64,000 bases of DNA from an uncultured Candidatus Actinomarina sp. (GCA_902610815.1 CACLXG010000001.1:76775-140774), one strand, 5' to 3'. Counted from the stretch's first letter, positions 20,226-29,150 are shown. A program made the numbers and translations. The notes: generated by a model not told the origin, from the sequence alone.

Positions 20226-21431
20226 ATGGATTTTAAATTTTCTCAAAAGTCATTAGATCTTCAAGAAAAAATGAATAAATTTTTTGAAGAACATATTTTT
20301 CCTAATGAAGAAGACTACGAAAAAGCAATATTAGATTCAGGAGACCCTTTGCACATTCCTGAATTACTTGATGAATTAAAAGAAAAAGCAAGAAAAGAAG
20401 ATTTATGGAACTTATTTCTACCCGACAATGAATACGGAGCTGGACTAACAAATGTTGACTATGCGCCATTAGCAGAAATAACAGGTCAGGTTTGGTGGGC
20501 TCCTGAGGTATTTAATTGTTCTGCACCAGATACTGGAAATATGGAAATACTTGCAGAATTTGGAACACAAGAGCAAAAAGACCAATGGTTAAGTCCGTTA
20601 CTTAATGGAGATATCCGTTCTTGTTTTGCTATGACCGAACCGGATGTTGCTTCATCTGATGCAACGAATATTTCAAGTTCAATAGTTTCTGATGGAGATA
20701 ATTATATTATCAATGGAAGAAAATGGTGGACTTCAAATGCAATCAATCCACGCGCCAAGATATGTATTTTTATGGGAATAACAAATCCTGAAAATCCTCC
20801 CCACACAAGACAAAGTCAAGTGCTTGTCCCTATGGATACAGAAGGGATAACTATAGTCAGACCGATGCATGTTTATGGCTATGATGACGGGTACACTGGC
20901 CATCCAGAATTAAATTTTGAAAATGTTGTCGTACCAAAATCAAATATTATAGGTGGGGAAGGTATGGGTTTTAAAATTGCCCAAGCAAGATTAGGGCCCG
21001 GAAGAATACATCACTGTATGAGAACAATAGGAATGGCTGAGAGAGCACTTGAATTAATGATAAAGAGAGCTTTGTCTAGAGAAACTTTTGGTACAAAAAT
21101 ATCTGATCATGGTGTTGTACAGGATTGGATTGCAAGGTCAAGAATTAAAATTGAAGAGGCTAGACTACTTACTTTAAAAACGGCATGGTTGATTGACAAT
21201 GTGGGTAAAGAACAAGCCAAAATTGAAATATCTGCAATAAAAGTTGGAGTCATTGAAGCTGCCTCCTATGTAATTGATAAAGCCATACAAGCGCATGGAG
21301 CTATGGGAGTTTCCCAAGATACTCCATTGGCGAAAATGTCAGCAGGTGTTAGAACTTTAAGAATTGCTGATGGTCCAGACGAAGTACACTTAAGATCTAT
21401 TGCAAGACGTGAAATAAACAAACACACATGA
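20226..21431 (+). CDS. Acyl-CoA dehydrogenase, ACAD10/11/LvaC-like
   Basis: FNCSAPDTGNMEIL, MTEPDVASSDATN, GPGRIHHCMR, RIADGPDEVH (Asp at the catalytic position). Confidence 0.88.
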   Translation: MDFKFSQKSLDLQEKMNKFFEEHIFPNEEDYEKAILDSGDPLHIPELLDELKEKARKEDLWNLFLPDNEYGAGLTNVDYAPLAEITGQVWWAPEVFNCSAPDTGNMEILAEFGTQEQKDQWLSPLLNGDIRSCFAMTEPDVASSDATNISSSIVSDGDNYIINGRKWWTSNAINPRAKICIFMGITNPENPPHTRQSQVLVPMDTEGITIVRPMHVYGYDDGYTGHPELNFENVVVPKSNIIGGEGMGFKIAQARLGPGRIHHCMRTIGMAERALELMIKRALSRETFGTKISDHGVVQDWIARSRIKIEEARLLTLKTAWLIDNVGKEQAKIEISAIKVGVIEAASYVIDKAIQAHGAMGVSQDTPLAKMSAGVRTLRIADGPDEVHLRSIARREINKHT

Positions 21432-22288
21432 ACGAAAAAATTGCAGTAATTGGTGGAGGGCAAATGGGAAGCCAAATAGCAGCTTTAGCTGCGATGGCTG
21501 GTTACAAAACAAATATTTATGACGAAAATAAAGAAAATTTAGAATATAGATATAAATTTGTTGAAGAAAATATCAAAAACTTAATAGACAAAAAAATATA
21601 CTCTGAAGATAAATTAGATTCCTATAAAGAAAATCTAGTCCTTAATTATTCACTTGAAGATGTAATAGAAGAAAAGACGTTTGTGATAGAAGCTGTAGTT
21701 GAAAGATTTGATGTAAAGCTTGAAATATTTGAACAAATTTCTAAATTGATGAATCAAGATGTTGTAATGGCAACTAATAGTTCTTTTATACAAGCTTCTG
21801 AAATTTCAAAACATTGCGACCATCCTGAAAGGTTTATAAATATGCATTTTTTCTATCCACCAATAAGAATGGATTTGATTGAAATTTCATATCCATCTAA
21901 TGTGTCGAAAGAAGTTTTAGAACGTACTAAAACTGTTAGTGAAAATATGGGCAGATCAGTGGTTGTCCTTAAAAAAGAAACTCCTGGATTTATTGTAAAC
22001 AGGATGTTGGCAGCCCTAGTAGATGAAGCTTATGAACTTTATGATGAAGGGATTGCAGATTTTGAAGATATAGATCTTGCTATTAAAAAAGGGTTAAATC
22101 ATCCTTTGGGGCCATTTGAACTTTCAGATTATTCTGGATTAGATATACATTACTATGCTAAATTGAAAAAATTTGAAGAATCTGGCAACCCTAAAGATGA
22201 ACCAAAAAAGTTTTTAGAAGAAAAAGTTATCAAAGGTGATTTAGGAGTAAAAACTGGCAAAGGATTTTACGAATACAAAAAAGACTAA
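21428..22288 (+). CDS. 3-hydroxyacyl-CoA (3-hydroxybutyryl-CoA) dehydrogenase
   Basis: IGGGQMG, IEAVVE, ATNSS, MHFF, PGFIVNR, HPLGPF, GVKTGKGFY. Confidence 0.9.
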   Translation: MNEKIAVIGGGQMGSQIAALAAMAGYKTNIYDENKENLEYRYKFVEENIKNLIDKKIYSEDKLDSYKENLVLNYSLEDVIEEKTFVIEAVVERFDVKLEIFEQISKLMNQDVVMATNSSFIQASEISKHCDHPERFINMHFFYPPIRMDLIEISYPSNVSKEVLERTKTVSENMGRSVVVLKKETPGFIVNRMLAALVDEAYELYDEGIADFEDIDLAIKKGLNHPLGPFELSDYSGLDIHYYAKLKKFEESGNPKDEPKKFLEEKVIKGDLGVKTGKGFYEYKKD

Positions 22289-22289
22289 A

Positions 22290-22700
22290 TTACTCGAAAT
22301 CTTCGTCTTTTAGATTAAACATTACTTCCTTTTTCGGTTTTATTACCAATACAATTCTTTCGGTTTGTATTGGAAATGGATAAGGTTTCTTCCAATATTT
22401 TTGTGATAATTTATCAATATTATCTCTCGCATCTTGTCCAGTAATTTCTCCGATTACTTCACCTCTTATTTCAACGAATTTAAATGGGTCATCGTGCTTC
22501 CAAATCATAACTGTGACTCTGGGATCTTTTAAAATATTCTTATATTTGAATCTATGTATCTCTGTATTGATCAAGATATTTTCACCATCTGTATCAACCC
22601 ACATCACATGTGTTTGAGGAACACCATCCTTAAATAAAGTTGTTAACGCTGCATAATTCGGTCCAGATGCCATTTGAATTGTTTTATTGTCTAACCTCAT
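22290..22700 (-). CDS. PPOX-class F420-dependent oxidoreductase (split beta-barrel)
   Basis: LTTLFKDGVPQT..WV, KYKNILKDPRV, LSQKYW; 136 aa. Confidence 0.8.
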   Translation of the reverse strand: MRLDNKTIQMASGPNYAALTTLFKDGVPQTHVMWVDTDGENILINTEIHRFKYKNILKDPRVTVMIWKHDDPFKFVEIRGEVIGEITGQDARDNIDKLSQKYWKKPYPFPIQTERIVLVIKPKKEVMFNLKDEDFE

Positions 22701-22717
22701 CTGTTAAATTATAGTTT

Positions 22718-23182
22718 ATGAAAGTTGTTTTGCAGAGAGTTAAAAGTGCTTACGTAAAAGTTGATTCAGACGTTATTTCAGAAATTGATAATGGTTATTT
22801 ACTTTTATGGGGTATTGAAGATGAAGATTCTGAAGTTGAAAGTGAAATTTTGATAAATAAAATTTTAAATTTCAGAGTTTTTTCTGACGAAAATTTGAAA
22901 ATGAATAAATCAATAATAGATATTTCAGGAAAGATACTAATTGTTAGTCAATTTACATTAGCTGGAAAATTTCTAAAAGGAAACAGGCCTTCGTTTGTAA
23001 ATGCAAAATCTCCAGAAATAGCTGAAAAGATGATTTTAAAAATTGTTGAAGAATTTTCTAAGCATGTAACTGTAAAAACTGGAAGCTTTGGAGCCATGAT
23101 GGATGTAGGTTTAGTCAATGATGGACCGGCAACTTTTGTATTAACTGCTAGAAATGGGCAATTAATTGATCAAGCAGACTGA
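22718..23182 (+). CDS. dtd: D-aminoacyl-tRNA deacylase
   Basis: MKVVLQRV, SQFTL, GNRPSF, FGAMMDV, NDGPAT. Confidence 0.95.
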   Translation: MKVVLQRVKSAYVKVDSDVISEIDNGYLLLWGIEDEDSEVESEILINKILNFRVFSDENLKMNKSIIDISGKILIVSQFTLAGKFLKGNRPSFVNAKSPEIAEKMILKIVEEFSKHVTVKTGSFGAMMDVGLVNDGPATFVLTARNGQLIDQAD

Positions 23183-23598
23183 AGTTTAGTTTTTTTTCCT
23201 ATTTCTTTTTTATCAAGTTGCTTATCAAGATAATATTCTTCTCCAGCCCATAAATGTAATCCAAGCCCAAGTTTCATTGCACATCTCTTGAAAGAATCCG
23301 ATTCTGCATGTTTTGCATTGCTTCCATCATTTTTTTGATCATGTTCTACGTCGCCGATAGATGTTACGGTGACTAATTTACCATCAATTTCTACGGTTAA
23401 TTTACCAAAGCAACCAACGACTGCTCCAGTAGATTCTTGTCTAATCAACTCAACTACTTCCCAATCAAAAGGGCCACAAACTTCTAAAAGACGCTGGGTA
23501 ATCACTGGGTGTGGAACATAATTTCCAAATTTACCCTTCGGTGCTTTTTTGATCCAATCTTTTGGAAATTTTCTTGATAGTTCATACAATTGTTTCAT
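23170..23598 (-). CDS. Rad52/Rad22 (Sak/DdrA-like) single-strand annealing protein (start adjusted to 23598)
   Basis: YVPHPVITQRLLEVCG..W, GKLTV and KHAESDSFKRCAMKLGLGLHLW match the Rad52-family core; ATGA overlap with the upstream gene. Confidence 0.78.
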   Translation of the reverse strand: MKQLYELSRKFPKDWIKKAPKGKFGNYVPHPVITQRLLEVCGPFDWEVVELIRQESTGAVVGCFGKLTVEIDGKLVTVTSIGDVEHDQKNDGSNAKHAESDSFKRCAMKLGLGLHLWAGEEYYLDKQLDKKEIGKKTKLQSA

Positions 23599-24116
23599 TT
23601 TCTTCTCTCCATTTCTTTTAAACCTTTTGCCCACACCGGAGCAGTATCGTTACTTGTTTTAATAACTTGTAATTTAGGCTCTTCATCCCAAACTTTTTCT
23701 ATAAAAGTATCTCTTGCTAATTGTTTATCCATTCCTTTTTTTTCTGCAACTGCATCTAAGCCCCTCAATTTAGGGACAAAAGTACTTCCACAAAGTGCTA
23801 CCAAATTTTCAATATCATCTTCTGAGAGTTTTTTGCTTGTAGCCCAATCAATTAATCTTTTTAAATCTATTGTTTTTGATTTATAACTTTTTGAGTAATT
23901 AAATACAGTATCAGATATTTTTATAGCACCTTTTTCCTGAACATCGAGAGCAATTTTATTATCAACAAATTTATTTATTTTATAAGTACTATCTTTTGCT
24001 TCTAGAGAAACTCCTCTTGCAATAAACAATTCTTTTGGCTCTTCAATAGATTGCAATTCAGTATTTTCTAAAGTTTCTTCACCACTTTTAGCGATATCCC
24101 AGATCAAATCTTTCAT
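23595..24116 (-). CDS. Hypothetical protein (173 aa), coupled to the Rad52-like gene
   Basis: Open frame, GGAG RBS upstream, stop overlaps the next ATG; no recognised motif. Confidence 0.7.
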   Translation of the reverse strand: MKDLIWDIAKSGEETLENTELQSIEEPKELFIARGVSLEAKDSTYKINKFVDNKIALDVQEKGAIKISDTVFNYSKSYKSKTIDLKRLIDWATSKKLSEDDIENLVALCGSTFVPKLRGLDAVAEKKGMDKQLARDTFIEKVWDEEPKLQVIKTSNDTAPVWAKGLKEMERRK

Positions 24117-24131
24117 TTATTCTCCTATAAC

Positions 24132-24248
24132 TTATGCTGCTTCATCATATATTCTATGACAATCACATCGGTCATTATGGTCTAAACAAATAAAATTTGC
24201 TTTTATCCCAGATCTTTCAAGTAATTTAAGTATTTCTTTTTCTTTCAT
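24132..24248 (-). CDS. Small Cys/His-rich peptide (38 aa, not in ORF track)
   Basis: Manual translation MKEKEILKLLERSGIKANFICLDHNDRCDCHRIYDEAA; TAAATT -10 element 7 nt before the ATG; stop directly precedes the RBS of the next gene. Confidence 0.62.
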   Translation of the reverse strand: MKEKEILKLLERSGIKANFICLDHNDRCDCHRIYDEAA

Positions 24249-24255
24249 AATTTAT

Positions 24256-24278
24256 AATTTAGAAATGCAGTGTGACAA
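24256..24278 (-). promoter_or_regulatory. Putative PafBC/RecA-NDp-like DNA-damage promoter
   Basis: Minus strand TTGTCACAC-TGCATTTC-TAAATT, i.e. TGTCAC-N10-TA-N3-T, the same spacing as the mycobacterial TGTCGG-N10-TA-N3-T motif. Confidence 0.5.
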
Positions 24279-24328
24279 AAAAAATAAAATAACAATCTTT
24301 CTAACAAAAACCTATATATGATGAGCTA

Positions 24329-25594
24329 GTGATAGTTGAAAATAATCTCTTTGACTCACATATGTATAAAGAAGTCATCAGGCAGTATGATGAAGTTTCT
24401 GATTTAATCAATCTTGATTCAAATATAAGAGAAAGACTTAAATTACCTCAAAGGTCTCTTGTAGTGACTTTTCCATTTAGAAGAGATGAATATGATGAAG
24501 TTGAGACAGTAACTGGATATAGAGTTCAACATGTTTTATCAATGGGCCCTACTAAGGGTGGTATTCGGTACGCACCAGATGTAAATTTAGGTGAAGTTAC
24601 AGCACTAGCTATTCTTATGTCTTGGAAGTCTGCAATTGTAGGATTACCTTATGGTGGAGCAAAAGGTGGAGTTGCGATAGATCCCAATCCTCTCACTCGA
24701 GCTGAAAAGCAACGCGTTACTAGAAGGTATACGGCTGAATTATTACCAATTATTGGTGTTGACAAAGATATACCTGCTCCTGATTTAGGCACAGATGAGC
24801 AAACAATGGCATGGATTATGGACACATACAGTAACTTTGTTGGCTCACCTCAGCCTGGGATAGTAACTGGAAAACCTGTTTCTCTTGGTGGGTCAATAAC
24901 TAGACGGGAATCAACTGGCAGAGGTGCAGTAGCTGTTGGCCAGGCCGCTATGGAGAAAATAGGTAAAAATTATAAAGATTCAAGAGTTGTAATTCAAGGA
25001 TTTGGAAATGTTGGAAGGTATGCAGCCCTAGATTCATATGAAAGGGGTGCAAAAGTAATTGCAGTAAATGATTTGGGCGGTGCAGTGATGAATAAAGATG
25101 GCCTCAATATCCCAGAACTTTTTAAACACATCGCTAAAAGTCCATCAGTCAAAGGCTTCTCAGGGGGAGAAGACTTTGATGGGGAAATCCTTGAAACTGA
25201 TTGTGATGTCTTAATACCTGCAGCTGTAGGAGGAGTTATTACCTCTAGTAACGCTGAAAAAATTAAAGCAAATGTATTAATTGAAGGTGCTAACTCTCCG
25301 ACAACTTTAAATGCAGATAAAATCTTAAGAGATAATGGCGTAATGATAATTCCAGATATCCTAGCTAATGCCGGCGGTATAACTGCAAGCTACTTTGAAT
25401 GGGTGCAAAATACACAAAATTATTTATGGAAAGAAACTGAGTTATTTGAGAAATTAATTGATGTAATGATTACTTCTTTTGAAGAAGTTTGGACTATCTC
25501 TCAGAAACAAAATTGTGATTTAAGAACAGCTGCACTAATAAAAGGAATAAAGAGAGTAGCCGCAGCAAAACTAACTAGAGGCTTATTTCCGTAA
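24329..25594 (+). CDS. gdh: Glu/Leu/Phe/Val family dehydrogenase (glutamate dehydrogenase)
   Basis: GPTKGGIRY, GGAKGG, DIPAPD, TGKP, QGFGNVG, EGANSP, SYFEWVQN. Confidence 0.92.
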   Translation: MIVENNLFDSHMYKEVIRQYDEVSDLINLDSNIRERLKLPQRSLVVTFPFRRDEYDEVETVTGYRVQHVLSMGPTKGGIRYAPDVNLGEVTALAILMSWKSAIVGLPYGGAKGGVAIDPNPLTRAEKQRVTRRYTAELLPIIGVDKDIPAPDLGTDEQTMAWIMDTYSNFVGSPQPGIVTGKPVSLGGSITRRESTGRGAVAVGQAAMEKIGKNYKDSRVVIQGFGNVGRYAALDSYERGAKVIAVNDLGGAVMNKDGLNIPELFKHIAKSPSVKGFSGGEDFDGEILETDCDVLIPAAVGGVITSSNAEKIKANVLIEGANSPTTLNADKILRDNGVMIIPDILANAGGITASYFEWVQNTQNYLWKETELFEKLIDVMITSFEEVWTISQKQNCDLRTAALIKGIKRVAAAKLTRGLFP

Positions 25595-26554
25595 AAGTTT
25601 TTCTATTTCTGCTTGGATATTATTTTTTTGATCCTCTAATTTTGATATCTGAATTTTAATTTGCTCTTTGTCTTTGCTTCCAATTGGACTTTCTTTTGGA
25701 ACTTCATTTTCGTTTTTGAACATATCTAGTACCTCAATTTCTTCTTCTAAATCTGAAATGGATTCATTTATCATTCTTAGTTCTTCGGTATTAGGAGGGT
25801 TGTCGTTAAATACCGGACAAATTGGTTTATAGTAACACCAGTCACAGAGTGTATTTTTAATTGCTGGAAAATCATCACTCTCATAAGCTTTTTTGATATT
25901 TTCCCAGATTTCTAAAATTTCTTTTTTCGCTTCTATTAAGTCTTCTTCATTGATTTTTAATGTATGAATAGTTGAGTTTTTGAGATATATTAATTTTAAT
26001 TCTGCAGGCATTTCTCCAAGTTCCTCATTTATCAATAAAGCATATAGTTTTAGGGCAAAAAATCTTGGTTCTTTATATTTAGCCATTGGAGCTTTACCAC
26101 TTTTGTAATCAACAATTATTAGTTCACCCTTTTGATTTCTATCCATTCTGTCGAGAATCCCTCTTAAATTTAAATCTTCTATACTTCCTCTAACCCATCG
26201 CTCTCTCTCAAGTGGATCAAAACTAGTAGGATCCTCAATAGTCATATAGTTATTGAGCAACTTTAGACCATCAACACCCCATTCTCTCTCTTCTTCTACA
26301 GTAGAAAAAAGATTATGATGTTCATCTGTGCCTCTTACTTTTGTCCAAGCTTCACGAAATAAATTATGGAGTTTTTCTATATTTCTTTCTTCTTTTGGTA
26401 AATCAAACAAGTCTTCGAGAGCTTGATGAACTGTTGTACCTTTAGCTTGCACTTCATTTGTTGGCTCTTTTAATTTATCTACATTTGCATATTTAAATTG
26501 CTTTGGACATGTTTTAAATTGAGATGCTCTAGAAGGAGATAAATTTTTAATCAT
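25583..26554 (-). CDS. RecB-family PD-(D/E)XK nuclease with a likely Fe-S staple
   Basis: LSPS..FKTCP, GTTVHQALE, LRGILDRMD..IVDYKSGK, CDWCYYKPIC. Confidence 0.85.
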   Translation of the reverse strand: MIKNLSPSRASQFKTCPKQFKYANVDKLKEPTNEVQAKGTTVHQALEDLFDLPKEERNIEKLHNLFREAWTKVRGTDEHHNLFSTVEEEREWGVDGLKLLNNYMTIEDPTSFDPLERERWVRGSIEDLNLRGILDRMDRNQKGELIIVDYKSGKAPMAKYKEPRFFALKLYALLINEELGEMPAELKLIYLKNSTIHTLKINEEDLIEAKKEILEIWENIKKAYESDDFPAIKNTLCDWCYYKPICPVFNDNPPNTEELRMINESISDLEEEIEVLDMFKNENEVPKESPIGSKDKEQIKIQISKLEDQKNNIQAEIEKLLRK

Positions 26555-26600
26555 ACATAAATTATATCTATATTATTTTGAATATTTGTAAAATGTAATA

Positions 26601-26714
26601 GTGACTAAGTTTATAAAAATATTACAAATTATAGGAATAATAACTTTTGTAATGTATTTTGTGATTGGAATGCTTTACAACTCTTTTAGTTGGTTTAATC
26701 ATCTCTTTAATTAA
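26601..26714 (+). CDS. Small single-pass membrane peptide (37 aa, not in ORF track)
   Basis: MTKFIKILQIIGIITFVMYFVIGMLYNSFSWFNHLFN; TAAAAT 6 nt upstream of GTG; fills an otherwise empty gap. Confidence 0.55.
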   Translation: MTKFIKILQIIGIITFVMYFVIGMLYNSFSWFNHLFN

Positions 26715-26755
26715 CCTTGTAAAAATATAAAACTCACATTTGCTAAAGTAAAAAA

Positions 26756-27829
26756 ATGGAAAAAAATATAAAAGTTGCGATATTAGGCGTCGGTAACTGT
26801 GCTAGTTCATTTGTTCAAGGAATCGTACACTATAGTAATTCCGACAATGAAGATGGTTTAATCTCTGATGTCATAGGGGGATACAAAGTCTCCAATATTG
26901 AAGTAGTCGCAGCATATGATATTAATACTACAAAAGTTGGTAAAGATCTCAGCGAAGCTATTTTTTCTGAACCAAATAACACAATTAAATTTTCTGATGT
27001 TCCAAAAACTGATGTCATAGTTCAGCCAGGAGTTGTGAAGGATGGAGTAGGTAAGTTCGTCAAAGATATTATTACAACTTCACCTGACTCTGAGAATTTT
27101 GAAGATTCATTAAGAGATTCAGGAGCGGAGATACTTATTAATCTACTACCAGTAGGATCTGACGAGGCTGTGAAGTTTTATGCCCAATCTGCTATTAACG
27201 TAGGTATAGGATTTATTAACTGTATACCAGTTTTCATAGCTAGAGATAAAGAATGGTATCAAAAGTTTAGAGAAGCTGGAGTCCCTCTTATTGGTGATGA
27301 TATTAAGAGTCAAGTTGGGGCAACAATTGTTCATAGGGTTTTAGCTCAGTTATTTTCTGATAGAGGTGTAAATCTTGAAAATACCTATCAATTAAATGTT
27401 GGTGGAAATATGGACTTTCTAAATATGCTTGAAGAAGATCGTTTAGAAACCAAAAGAACAAGTAAAACTTCTTCAGTTACTTCTGTAGCTAATAAAGGAA
27501 AAGGCATTTCATCTGAAAATGTAAGAATTGGCCCATCTGATTATGTAAAGTGGCTTGAAGACAGAAAGAAAGCATTCATTAGGCTTGAAGGTAAAGGATT
27601 TGGAGGAGCTCCACTTAATTTAGAAGTTCAATTAGAAGTATGGGATTCACCAAACAGTGCAGGGGTTACTATCGACGCTATTAGGTATATGAAGTTTTTT
27701 AAAGAAAAAAATGATTTAGACTCTTTAGATTTAGTATCCGCTTGGCTAATGAAAGCACCATTTAAACCTGTAAAAGATGGAGATGTCTTAAATCAGCTTC
27801 ATGAGCTAACTCATATTGAATCTGACTAA
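26756..27829 (+). CDS. ino1: myo-inositol-1-phosphate synthase
   Basis: GVGNCASS, LPVGS, GDDIKSQVGAT, YQLNVGGNMDF, VWDSPNSAG. Confidence 0.95.
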   Translation: MEKNIKVAILGVGNCASSFVQGIVHYSNSDNEDGLISDVIGGYKVSNIEVVAAYDINTTKVGKDLSEAIFSEPNNTIKFSDVPKTDVIVQPGVVKDGVGKFVKDIITTSPDSENFEDSLRDSGAEILINLLPVGSDEAVKFYAQSAINVGIGFINCIPVFIARDKEWYQKFREAGVPLIGDDIKSQVGATIVHRVLAQLFSDRGVNLENTYQLNVGGNMDFLNMLEEDRLETKRTSKTSSVTSVANKGKGISSENVRIGPSDYVKWLEDRKKAFIRLEGKGFGGAPLNLEVQLEVWDSPNSAGVTIDAIRYMKFFKEKNDLDSLDLVSAWLMKAPFKPVKDGDVLNQLHELTHIESD

Positions 27830-29088
27830 ATTAGAGATTCGCTAAATATTTCTAATGCTTCTTCTACCTGTTCAATCGGTGTCGTTAAAGGGCCCATAAA
27901 TCTAATTACATTTCCAAACTCACCACATGAAACAAGGAGTAAACCTTTTTCTTTACAGTTTGAGATAATTTCTTGAGTTTTTTCCTTATTAGGATTTTTA
28001 GATTCTTTGTCACTTACAATTTCAACACCAATCATTGGTCCGTAACCTCTTACATCCCCAATAAAATCAAAATCATTCGTTAAGCTTGATAAAACTGTAT
28101 TCATTGTCTTTGCTTGTTTGTTTGCATTTTTTAAAATATCCTCATTATCAAAAGCATCTAACACACCTAATGCTGCAGCACAAGACACAGGTGAGGCCCC
28201 AAATGTACTTCCTATACCAGCCTCATGAATAGAATCCATTATTTCTGATTTACCCAAAACTGCAGCTAGAGGAAAACCGCCAGCAATTCCCTTAGCTAAC
28301 GTAACAATGTCTGGTTTTACACCGACAGTCTCTGCACCAAACATATTTCCAGTACGTCCGTAACCTGTTTGAACTTCATCAAAAATTAATAAGATATTAT
28401 TTTTATCACAAATATCTCTCAGTTGTGATAAAAAATTACTTGAGGCTGGAATATATCCACCTTCACCAAGTTCAACTTCAATCACAATTGCTGCTGTGTC
28501 ATTAGGATCAAGTTCATTGTTGAGTACATCTTTGACGCTCATCAATGCATCTTCATCTGAAATATCTCTATAACTATATGGATAAACAGCATGCTTTACA
28601 AATTCTGGAAACGGTCCAAAACCTTCTTTGTAAGGTTTGTCCTTTCCTGTTAATCCCATTGCAAGGTATGTTCTTCCGTGGAATCCACCTTTAAAAGATA
28701 AAATTGCTTTTTTATTTGTATAATATCTTGCAATCTTGACTGCATTTTCCACAGCCTCAGCACCACTATTGACCATAAAGGTTTTAGTTTCAGAATCTAT
28801 GGGATACCTTTTATTAAGTTCTTCGGATAGTCTTACTGCGTTTTCATGTGGTGCAAAAGCAAAACAAGAATGTGAAAAATTATCAAGTTGGTTTTTGACT
28901 CTATCAACAACTCTTGGATGAAGGTGGCCAGTGTTTAGAACTGCATATCCTCCTACATAATCTAAATATCGATTACCTTCAGAATCCCAGATTTCAGCAT
29001 TTTTACCCTTAACAATAAAATTTTCTAAGGAGCTATACCAAGCACTTGGCACATTTGATTGTATTTGATCATTTTGAATGTATACCAT
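27826..29088 (-). CDS. gabT: 4-aminobutyrate aminotransferase-like class III PLP enzyme
   Basis: NSGAEAVENAVKIAR, FHGRT, PYKEGFGP, GEGGY, DEVQTGYGRTG, AKGIAGGFP. Confidence 0.78.
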   Translation of the reverse strand: MVYIQNDQIQSNVPSAWYSSLENFIVKGKNAEIWDSEGNRYLDYVGGYAVLNTGHLHPRVVDRVKNQLDNFSHSCFAFAPHENAVRLSEELNKRYPIDSETKTFMVNSGAEAVENAVKIARYYTNKKAILSFKGGFHGRTYLAMGLTGKDKPYKEGFGPFPEFVKHAVYPYSYRDISDEDALMSVKDVLNNELDPNDTAAIVIEVELGEGGYIPASSNFLSQLRDICDKNNILLIFDEVQTGYGRTGNMFGAETVGVKPDIVTLAKGIAGGFPLAAVLGKSEIMDSIHEAGIGSTFGASPVSCAAALGVLDAFDNEDILKNANKQAKTMNTVLSSLTNDFDFIGDVRGYGPMIGVEIVSDKESKNPNKEKTQEIISNCKEKGLLLVSCGEFGNVIRFMGPLTTPIEQVEEALEIFSESLI

Positions 29089-29150
29089 TACTAATTCACT
29101 GTAACTGAATAATTATTAATACTCAATTTTGTAACTACTAAAATAAAAAT

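Noticed and set aside
15019-22288. Autotrophic 3HP/4HB or dicarboxylate/4HB cycle
   Set aside because: No carboxylase or recognisable malonyl-/succinyl-CoA reductase in the window, and the context is beta-oxidation. It cannot be fully excluded without the whole genome.
23170-24248. Prophage
   Set aside because: No integrase, structural genes, att repeats or obvious compositional shift; flanked by housekeeping genes.
25583-26554. Cas4 / CRISPR system
   Set aside because: The Cys pattern is Cas4/AddB-like, but no repeat-spacer array or other cas genes are visible, and stand-alone RecB-family nucleases are common in actinobacteria. A link to the Rad52-like operon 1.3 kb away is possible but unsupported.
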